Assembly: GCA_028534125.1 (NCBI GenBank)
Contig: CM052816.1
Location: 90,832,001-90,896,000 of the forward strand
Length of the DNA stretch: 64,000 bases
Source: Lama glama
Taxonomy: Eukaryota
Reading direction: 5' to 3'
Position 1 is the stretch's first letter; each line of letters opens with the position of its first letter. The translations under genes and the position numbers were made by a program. Positions 37,880 to 47,254 of this stretch are shown piece by piece. The notes beneath the pieces are model-generated. The model saw nothing but the letters and a program-made list of their open reading frames with translations, was not told where the DNA came from and searched no databases.

Positions 37880-38930
37880 CTTTTTTTGATGATTTGGAAT
37901 TACCAAGGTGTAATTACATACCCATTGTAGATTCACAGTTGAATGAGTTTTAGTGCATTTATACAGTTGTGCAGCCATCAGCACAATCCAGTTTTAGAAT
38001 AGTTCCATTGTGCCCCAAAATTCCTTTCTCCCCATTCAGTGTGTCTCTCCACCCCTACACCTAGCTCTGGGCATCTATGCATCTAGTTTCCGTGTCTATG
38101 GATTTGCCTCTTCCAGAAATTTCATGTATATGGAACCCTATAATATGTGCTTTTTTGTGTGTAACTTCTTTCACTTAGCATTTTTGAGATTCATCCTTTG
38201 TTGGTGATTCTGTGATTTGGTTTTTGTTACTAAGACTTCCATTGTGTAGAAATTCTGTACCTGTTGATGGACATTTGAGTGTGCAGACAAAAAGATGTTG
38301 CCTGCTATCAGCTCCTGTAGCTGCCACCAGTGGTATACCCTAAGGGGAACTGAGGATGGAGAAAACACTAGATAATTAACGTATATCTAAAGAATAATTT
38401 CAGTGAGTCTAGACTCTTGCATCTTCCCATAAGTGGAAAATCGTAACTTGAACATAACTAAAATCATTAACTTGAGGTGTCTGGTTTTTGTGATTAGCAG
38501 TAATCTTTTGACATTCAACTCATTCCCCCTTCCCCCATCCCAGCAAAAACTCCCGTATATCCTGATTCCTCCCTTACCTCTTTGGAACTTGTTACTCAAA
38601 GCAATCTGAGTCTCCTGGGCTTTAGTTCTCAGTAAGGTCCCTGAATAAAGCATTAACTCAACTTTTAGGAAATGATTTCTAGTATTTGGCTATTAGGAAT
38701 AATGCTGCTCTGAATATTTGCATACAAGCCTTTTTAAAAAAAATCTTTTTTTTTTATTTGAGTAGGTATATATCCTAGGAGTTGAATTGTTGGGGCATAT
38801 GGTAAGATTATGTTTCACTTTTTAAGAAACTGCCAAACTGTTTTCCTAAGTGGATGTACTGTGTTATATCACCACCAGCTTCTCCACATTGTCATCAACA
38901 CTTGATAAAGTCAGTCTTTTTTTTAAATTA
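37880..38930 (-). mobile_element. Old L1M (L1MB/ME-like) 3' region, split by the LTR
   Basis: Contains antisense L1 3'UTR motifs gttgtgcagccatca, ttcacttagca, ctgttgatggacatttg, aggagttgaattgttgggg and agaaactgccaaactgttttc. Confidence 0.8.
38280..38669 (+). mobile_element. Solo ERV LTR (ERV1-like, artiodactyl type), 3' end apparently clipped, inserted in an old L1
   Basis: Begins TGTGCAGAC, has a TATA-like gtatat (about 38555) and AATAAA at 38644-38649, and resembles recalled artiodactyl LTRs. It interrupts the L1 motif gatggacatttgag|...|tgatttctagtatttggctatt. Confidence 0.75.
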
Positions 38931-38947
38931 GAGCCAGGAAATCTTTT

Positions 38948-39477
38948 TCTTTTTTTTTCTTTTCTTTTGAGTTTCATGGTTTTATTAACACAAATACAAT
39001 GTGCACGAGCTGCCTATTTGTTTTCTTTGCTGCACAGCCTGGCGTTCAGATTGGTGACTCTGATGGCCAGCTGGGCTGCTCTCTCCACAGTGGCTTTGCG
39101 GTTCTTGGAGGAGACGTTGTGAGCAATCTCAGCACAGTAACATCTGCTGCACATCAGCAGCACTTCGAGCTCCTTGACGTTGTGGAGCAGTAACTTGCGG
39201 AAGCCGCTGGGCAGCGTGTGCTTTGTTTTCTTGTTGCTCCCGTAGCCAGTGCTGGGCGTCAGGATCTGGCCCTTGAACCTCTTGTGCACCCTGTTGTCAG
39301 TGCCTCTGGGCTTCAGCCAATTCCACTTAATTTTGACATATCGGTCTGACTGGTTCTGGATGAACTTCTTGGTCCTCTTTTTGATGATCTTGGGCTTCAC
39401 GAGGGGTCTGAGGGCGGCCATGATGCCGACTGTGAGATGGCTGCCACCTCCGTAGGTAGCGCCGTGGAAGAGAGGGT
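38948..39477 (-). pseudogene. RPL32: RPL32 (eL32) processed retrocopy, full length, with uninterrupted ORF 39421-39014 (135 aa)
   Basis: [23 protein letters not shown]...[10 protein letters not shown] aligns without gaps to recalled RPL32 (about 22 substitutions) and is intronless. The 5'UTR starts CCCTCTCTTCC (TOP). AATAAA is at 38986-38981, degenerate poly(A) at about 38948-38968, and the TSD is GAG(C/T)CAGGAAATCTTTT at 38931-38947 and 39478-39494. Confidence 0.97.
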
Positions 39478-41659
39478 GAGTCAGGAAATCTTTTGCTGGC
39501 AGTGGAAAAATGGAATGCCTATGAACCTCGTTTTTGAAGAAGGGAAGGTATTACTTACTTCCCTATCTTAGAGGATTGTTCTGAAGATCAAAGAAATGGG
39601 AATTTATATGCAAGTGCTTTGTCTTGTAGAACTGTTGCTGGTGATGTGCAGAAAAGTTTTTAGAAGTTTAATTTAACACATATTGTCTCAGATTAAGGTG
39701 AAAATGTCCCAAGATTTAATAAAACATGTATTTCATGATCAAACTTCTTCCACCTGCTTTTAGAGGCATATTTTTCTCCAATAGTGAGTTTTCTCTATAT
39801 GCTGGGAGCTTTCTCCATATGCCTGCATTGTACTTAAATTATCAGCCTTATTTAACAATGACAGGATATAATGGTTTGCATATGGCGGGCAAATTTTTAT
39901 TCCCCACTCAAACTTGGATGGTCTGGTAAATGTCTGTGACTTTGTTTTCCAGTGCCTGTGGGTGGCCTCTTTGCTGGACCTGGGCATATGTGTTCTATTC
40001 AAATAGAAGGGAACAGAAAGTTTGGGGGCTGAGAGAAACCACCCAGAACAATCTGTATAAAAATATCCATTTCAACAGTTTGACTTTGCAATTTTGATTC
40101 TATGAAAATGCCTGTTTAAACTTTTTCAAAGAACAAAGGGCATGTTTTGAATGTATTTCCCTTTCTACCTGTGGAGGACTCCACTGTAGGTTGAGAAATA
40201 CCAGCCAGTGGGCTCTAGATTTGAAATCTGGGCTAGGTTTTGTAGAACTTGTTTATCAGCAGCTCTTCACACCTGTTGAGAAAGACCTTTGGACTCCGGA
40301 AGTTGCACTGTGTGTTTGATCGTGTAGGACTGTGTCAACAAAGGGCTTTGTAATACTTTCAAGTGAGAAGGTTGAAAAGAACCACAGCAAAACTCAAGTA
40401 AAAGAAACTGTAAGCTGTGTAGCCTCTGGGAGTCGGAAGGTTTACACTAATCCTGGGGACAATTTATAGTAATTCAATAATGTTTCGTAACGTAATCTTA
40501 ATTCATACTAAGTGGAGGATTTTGATCATTGAGAAACACATACGTGAAATCCTTTTTGATAAAATGATGCAGGCGATAGTTGTAGCAAACAGAAAGCTTT
40601 GGATTCAGGATTGTGGGATGGAGGTCCACTGAATTATTTTATAATTTTTACCTAATAAGTAAATTTCTTTATGACTTTGAAAATTTTCATTTGCGTGTAT
40701 GTGTGTGTACGTATAGGTATTTCAAAGCTTTCCATGTTGCAGTCTCTGACATGTGGGTTTGAAAAAGGATGCAAAAGTGGTTCAGGTACTTGGAAGTCTC
40801 TTTCTAGAGCATTACAGATACTGTGGTTTTGGTGTGGAATGATACTTGAAAGCAGTCAGAGATGCTTGCAGTAAACGTTCTTTTGAGAAAGCAGCTGTTT
40901 GCTCATAAAGAAATCAGGACTGACAATCAGTTGTGTCATTCTTTCTGGAAGTTGGGGACCTGTGTCTCAGCCCAAAGTGGGAATCATTGGTATGTGACTG
41001 ACTTGTGCGGGGATGGGAACTCGTCCCGTTGGCGTTATCGTGTTCTTTAAAGAAGGCAGTCTTCAGAATTTATAGAGAAACACTTCCTATTCGTTTTTGA
41101 TGTTGTTTTCCATCTTCATCGTGGAGGATTGAAGAAGTTTAGAGTTGACAACTTAAAATTCTCACAATAAAGAGAGAGGGGACGCCCACAGGGAGGGCCT
41201 TGTGTAGGGTCCTAGTAGGGGCTGCCAGGAGAGTCGCAGAACTCACAAGGGGAATTGCAGCCAATGCCATTTCAGCCTTGGGCTCCAGCCACCTTGAACT
41301 TCTTGCAAATGCTTGTACCTGTGGCCCCGCCTCTGGGTCCCACTCCTTCCAGAGCCCGGAGGTCCAGCTTGCTGTTCCCCAAATGCTTTCATCACACTCG
41401 AGGTTGAGTAAGTGAGGATCCCGAGTAACAGTGGTGACGACAGATGTTTTAGGTCCTGGCTGGTGTGTTTTAAACAGGGTCATCATTGGCACTGAGGGAG
41501 TAAATTGTAAGTTGGATTTTTCTAACTTAAATTTTCCCTTCTAGAAGGAGTTGGGTGTGATAATTGGCCTACCTAGAGGGACCTTTGTGTGTGGTTATAT
41601 TTTAGTTGTTGACTGACCTATCGATGCATTTTATTTATTAATGAATTATTTGAAGGAGT

Positions 41660-41885
41660 CAAATAGTGTGGTGTGTGGAAAGAGCATGGATCTGGGAATT
41701 GGAAAGATTTGAGACCTGGCTTGGTCACCAGCTATGTGACATTAGGCAGGGACTTAAGTTGTGAACCTCAGTTTTGGGGTGGGAATTCCTGTCTTACCGA
41801 GGGTTAGGTTAGTGCTACTATTATTTTGAGGCTCTTAGCACGTGACTGTGACACCCCGTGGACACTCCATTACTAAGCTACTGTT
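41660..41885 (+). mobile_element. MIR SINE (degenerate)
   Basis: tagtgtggtgtgtggaaagagcatggatctgg...ccagctatgtgacattaggcag...gaacctcagtttt. Confidence 0.7.
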
Positions 41886-42274
41886 TATGGTATCAAGAAC
41901 ACAATTTAAACTAGCGTAAAATGATGAGTTTACTTAGTTTACTTCTATAATATTTATCATCTGCCATCTGTGTTAACAGAACAGTAGTAGTCCCTCGAAC
42001 TAGAAGTTGAATGTTTAGCCAATGTATTTTGAATATTTCATTTAACATTTTAAATTGTAACAGAAGTTAAGCAGACCGATGAAATGAGATCGAAAGTTCT
42101 AGGAAAAGAAGTTCAGTGTAACTGCTATGTCAGATGATAATTTTGGTATCGTATTTCCACTGTTCCATCTTTGTTGGAGTTGATGAAATTGTTGAGCAGA
42201 GTAGAAATAACATGAGATACTAAAGCTATTGCATTACATTGGGTATACATCATCAGTCATAAAAGTAATTCTTT

Positions 42275-43033
42275 TTTTCATATTGAGTATTTTTAAAATT
42301 ACAGCATAGTTGATTTACAGTATTGGGTTAGTTTCAGGTGTACAGCATAGTAATTCAGTATTTTTGCAGACTATAGTCCATTAGAGGTTATTACAAGATA
42401 ATGGATATAATTCCCTGTGCTAGACAGTATATTCTTGTTGCTTATCTATTTTGTATATAGTAGTTTGTATTTGTTAATCCCATACCCTTAATTTGTCCCT
42501 CCTCCCGTCCTCTACCCTTTGGTAACCACTGATTTGTCTTCTGTATCTGTGAGTCTCATTCTGTTTTGCATATACATTCATTTGTATTATTTTCTAGATT
42601 CCACATACAAGTGATACCACACAGTATTTGTCTTTCTTTTGTCTGACTTATTTCACTAAGCATAATACTATTTAGGTCCATCTATGTTATGCAAATGGCA
42701 GTATTTCTTTTTTATGGCTGAGTAATGTTTCATTGTGTGTATACACACACACACACACACACATATATATAAACATCTTCTTGATTCAGTTGTTTGTTGA
42801 TGGGCACTTGGGTTGCTTCCATGTGTTGGCTATTGTAAATAGTGCTTCTGTGAACATTGGGGTGCATGTATCTTTTCAAGCTAGTCTTTTCATTTTTTTT
42901 CTGGATGTATACCCAGGAGTGGAATTGCTGGGTCATATGATAGTTCTACTTTTAGTTTTTTAAGGAACTTCTATACTGTTTGCACAGTGGCTACACCCGT
43001 TTTATATTCCCACCAACAGTGTACAAGAGTTCC
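42275..43033 (-). mobile_element. 5'-truncated artiodactyl-type L1 (with internal CA/TA microsatellite)
   Basis: ttagtttcaggtgtacagcatagt...ttccctgtgc...ctgacttatttcactaagcataata...acccaggagtggaattgctgggtcatatg...cccaccaacagtgtacaagagttccc, with a weak TSD cataaaagtaattct / cataaagggaacttt. Confidence 0.9.
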
Positions 43034-43917
43034 CATAAAGGGAACTTTATAATTTGAATGACCAGTGAACACCCAGTAATTTCTTGAAACTTTGTAATCA
43101 TTCACCCTTGAAAACAAACGGTTTTCATGCTGTGAAATCAAAGGAAGAGGAAATTCAGCATTGAAAAGCTAAATATTAAGAGTATCATTTCATTTGTCTG
43201 GTGGGAAAATATAAAATGGAAATGAAGTCAATGCTAAAAAAAATCGTGCCCCAGGTTAAAACAGTAGGATCTGGAAGTTGCTGTCTCTTGGGTTCTCATC
43301 CCAAACTTTGGGGTGCATTAGGTGTCTGCTGGATTGGATTCTAATCTTTACTAAAACTTCAGTCCCTCTCTTGGAGAGTCCCGTTGACACATGGCTTTGG
43401 TACAACCAGGAAGTCAGTGGAGTGCCCTGATGCCCTCCAAGTGGGCAGGTGCATGGGGCTTGGACCTGGAAAGAGGGGAGCCTGAGGGTCCCAAAGAGTT
43501 CTCAGCTTAGGATGAAACAGTGCAGTGACCTTGTTAAACTTGTGGTTTCTGGATATGTGGTGTGGAGCAAATTTCTTTACCTCTAGGCCTCCAGTTCTCC
43601 ATCCATAAAATGGGATGATACTGGTTCTTGCCTCAAAGTGGGTGCCTTACTGAAATGAGAGACTCCTTATAAATCAGTTGCATTTTAGTGCTGTTTCCTC
43701 TGCCTGGTGGGACCCTTTCTCGGTCACACTTGTACGTAACTAAGGCTGTGGACAACACTTTCTTTGAAGAGTCATTCCTTCCTTGTTTGAGGAAGACATC
43801 TGCTTTTCAAAAAGTGGTTTTTTCAGGAAGGCAGTAGTCATAGTAATTTTAAAGGTGGTGTTTTGCCACAGAATGCAATGCAGACTCATAGTTAAATCCT
43901 GTTTGTTTTGTTTGCAG

Positions 43918-44016
43918 GGAGCACGGGTCTGGCTCAGAGAGAATGGCCAGCATTTTCCAAGTACTGTAGATTCCTGTGCCGAGGGCGTCGTCGTCTTCCG
44001 GACAGACTATGGTCAG
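43918..44016 (+). CDS. MYO10: Myosin X (unconventional myosin-10), coding exon 2 (99 nt, phase 0/0)
   Basis: Translates to GARVWLRENGQHFPSTVDSCAEGVVVFRTDYGQ, matching the recalled MYO10 N-terminus that follows MD(N/S)FF(T/P)E. Acceptor is tgtttgttttgtttgcAG (AG at 43916-43917); donor is CAG|GTGAGC (GT at 44017-44018). Confidence 0.97.
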
Positions 44017-44685
44017 GTGAGCATCAGAGCCTGCCGCTGCGGGACACAGGGTTCTCCTTCCTTGGGTGGCCTTCCGAAGGGCATGTGTGCATTCTCTCCC
44101 TGCCCCTCATGCCTTAAACATTTTTTCTAAGTGATAAAAATGGAATCTCAAAAAGGAGTATATAATGCACCCCTTGAGTGTGTGAGTGAGGCAGTAAAAA
44201 ATTCCGCCAAATCAGAATAGAAGTGTTCCAGCCAGTTTGGGACAGAGAGCACTACACTTGGCTGGTCCTTCCTGGGGATCTGGAAGAATCAGAAGTAACA
44301 GGGTGCCAGCAATTGGAGAAAAAGTTCAAATACATTGTTATTTGCCAATTGATTTCGTTACCACTCTCCTTTAAAGTTCTTAAACATTCCTAGCGTTGGA
44401 AATACTGGCCTGCCGTGGAGAATGCAGTGGTGTCCTCATCCCTGCAAGGACAGAACGGACCAAACCCCCCAACCTGCGCTTCCTCATCCACCTTGTTGAG
44501 CAGCGGAAGAAGCACCTTCTGTTTGTGGGAATCACTGCTCCAGGCTCCCCATTGTCTAGTGTAAAACAAGTGAAAAGCCGTATCACTGAAAATAAATACC
44601 TGAATCCAGAATCTGGCTCACTGATTACATTGGACAATTGTAAAAGGAGACCAGCATCTCCATTTTAGAAGGAAACAAATTTTAA

Positions 44686-44894
44686 AAAAATTTTGTAATT
44701 GACATATATTTGATTTACAATGTTTTGTTAGTTTCAGGTGTACAGCAGAGTGATGCAGTTATACATATGTATTCCTTTTAGGTTCTTCTCTGTTACAGGT
44801 TATTACAAGATATTGAATATAGTTCCCTCTGCTAAACAGTAGGTCCTTGTTGTTTATCTGTTTTGTATACAGTGGTGTGCATCTGCTAATCCCA
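44686..44894 (-). mobile_element. Short L1 3' end with 17-bp TSD
   Basis: ttagtttcaggtgtacagc...aggttattacaagatattgaatatagttccct. TSD is aaggaaacaaattttaa (44669-44685) / aaggaagccaattttaa (44895-44911). Confidence 0.88.
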
Positions 44895-45682
44895 AAGGAA
44901 GCCAATTTTAATGTTAAAAATGGATCCCTCCCTCCAAGACACATATTACAATTTATGACATAAAGAACTAAAAGGACTTCATACGCCAGTATTTAAAACT
45001 CATAGTTTCTGAATTTTGTTTGCAAGTTGAGACCAAAAACTTCAAGGTCAGCGTTGTGTAGTCTGAGGCTGATGGACTTCTTGGTTATCAAAACCTTGAG
45101 CAGAGATGGTCCCCTTGGTGGTACCTTCCTCATTTCTAGGCTTCATAAGCAGTGATGTTTTTGGACTATCTTGCAGTTCCTCAGTTTCTGTTTCGTCTGA
45201 GTGTCTTTGAATGGCTCTTCAGTATTTGGTGGTGAAGATACAGCAGTTTTGTGTAGGTGGAGAGTGGGGGTGGGGGCAGGGAGAGGCAGGGAAGAGAGAC
45301 CACGCGTCTCACAGACACCGATGCCCGGTCTGGTCTCTTTCCCATTGGGTTCTCAGGTGGTGTAGTGCCACCTATAAGCTAAGACTAAGTGCCTTGCTTC
45401 AGGGCACTGCTTAGATGTTTAAGTTCCTGTATGTAGAGTGGTCACCTTCACTCTGTGTTGCCTTTTCACTTTTCCCAGATGCAAATTCAGTTCCTTATAC
45501 ACGCTTTTTAAGATGATTTAAAAAAGGAAAACAGTATGTAAACAGTGTACTTGGCTTATGTCCCTCTGTCCCAGAAAGGATTGTAAAATAGGTTTTAATG
45601 AAATTTTTTTGTCGAATTATTTTTTAATCCTAATGATATTTCCTTTGCTTTTCTTTTTTAACTTTGCCATTTCTGAAAAGAA

Positions 45683-45970
45683 GTTGTGGTAAAAAACACA
45701 GCATTAAAATCCCCATCCTAACCACGTTTAAGTGCACATTTCTGTAGTGTCAAGGACAGTCGCGCTGCTGTGCAGCAGATCTCGAGAACTTTCTCATCTC
45801 GCAGTCCTGAGACTCTGTACCCACCAAACGCTTAACTCCCCATCGCTCCTCCCCCGGGCCTTCGTAATCACCTTTCTACTTCCTGTCTCTGATTTTGACT
45901 ACTTCAGGTACTTGGAGGAGTGGAATCATGTAGTATTTGTCCTTTATGGCTACTGGCTTGTTTCACCTAA
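45683..45970 (-). mobile_element. L1MB-like fragment
   Basis: gtggtaaaaaacacagcattaaaat...gcagatctcgagaactttctcatct...gtggaatcatgtagtatttgtcctt. Confidence 0.8.
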
Positions 45971-46649
45971 CGGAGTCTGTGTCACGTGAGACCATTGCCA
46001 GCTGGTCGATGGGTGGCTCTTGGCGAGGGGGGCGTGGAAAGGGATGGTCAGGCCAGCAGTTCTGTTTTTACCCTTGCCAGTATTTATGGATTGTGGGTTT
46101 AGAAAGAACTAAACCAGAAAAGTATATACTGAAACATGAAAACAACTGCCAACTTTGACCCGTAATCTTCAATCGGTCAGCAAATCCTTGGTCTTACACT
46201 GTCTACTCTGTTGTCCCCAAGTATAACAAGTGTAATTAGCTGGGCGACCCATGTAGGAAATACAGGGTTTGAAATAGAGAAGAGGGGCAGGTTGGAAAGA
46301 ACTGGGTTCAGACGTGGATCAAGAACAAGCAGTGGCCAAAGGACTAGTTTCTCTCTCTCCTTACCAACTTCTTCCTCTCCCTACATCACAGGTTCATTAT
46401 GGAACATACAGGCGTAGCCACCAAGGATCAGGAGAAGTCCATTAACTGGTCCTGGCACCTGGGACTGGAACACCCGCTCTCGAACTGGGCAGGGATAGAT
46501 TCTTGAGGGAATCAGGGTCAAAGATGTAGAGCATGGCCTTGTCCTGGTAAACCCTATGGTAACTTTTCAGGGTATTGGCTAATTTCAACCCAATTTGGTA
46601 GGTTATTAAAGGGTCTTAAAAATATTGGTGTTTCTGGGGTAAAGAGAGA

Positions 46650-46822
46650 AGGAAGAGTTATTGTCTAATGGGTATAGAGTTTTAGTTTTGTAAGATGAAA
46701 GCCAGGATCATGATGATGGTTACACAACAGTGTGAATGTACTTAATACCACTGAACTGTACACTTAGGATTAAAATGATAAATTTTAAGTTAGTATGTGT
46801 ATCTTAACCACAATAACAAAAA
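46650..46822 (+). mobile_element. L1MB-like 3' end (sense orientation)
   Basis: taatgggtatagagttttagttttgtaagatgaaa...gaatgtacttaataccactgaactgtacactt. Confidence 0.8.
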
Positions 46823-46912
46823 AGATATTACTGTTTGAGGTCAAATAGTAGCTGGTAAAAGGTGTCAAATAGGTATTTTTCTGTGTCTTTATAAACAATT
46901 CCAGGACAATTT

Positions 46913-46943
<31 letters not shown>

Positions 46944-47093
46944 TTATTTATTCAAATATAGTCAGTTTATAATGTTGCGTCAATTTCTGATGTACAGTAG
47001 AATGCTGAGGGAAATTTTTATATTCCCGAAATATGACCTCTTAGAGTCCATAAATGGCTCACAGCTGTTAGTTGAATTCCCGTTTGGTTTAGA

Positions 47094-47254
47094 GCAGTGC
47101 ATCTCAAAATGTGCTGTATATGAATCACCTGGGGTCTTGTTTCTGATGCAGATTTTGCTGGCAGATCTAGGGTGGGGCCTGAGAGTCTGCATTTCCTGCA
47201 AGTTTCCCGGTGGTGTGGATGCTGCTGGTCCCCGATCCACATTTGAGTGGCGAG
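47094..47254. mobile_element. MER5A-type hAT element
   Basis: gaatcacctgggg...atgcagatt...gggtggggcctgagagtctgcatttc...gatgctgctggtcc...cacatttgagt. Confidence 0.85.

Larger units (their letters stand above)
1..43917 (+). other. MYO10: MYO10 intron 1 (partial; exon 1 is upstream of the window)
   Basis: Ends at the exon 2 acceptor. No start exon encoding MDNFF/MDSFF and no CpG island are visible. T>A and G>C skew by eye and mostly antisense L1s fit + strand transcription. Confidence 0.85.

Noticed and set aside
42730..42963. ORFs resembling 'LINE-derived hypothetical proteins' (also 31966-32190 and 36585-36767)
   Set aside because: These are translations of decayed L1 ORF2-end/3'UTR sequence; no intact L1 ORF exists in the window.
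43783..44130. 115-aa ORF as a stand-alone gene
   Set aside because: Only 43918-44016 matches MYO10 and is bounded by canonical splice sites; the flanks are intronic read-through.
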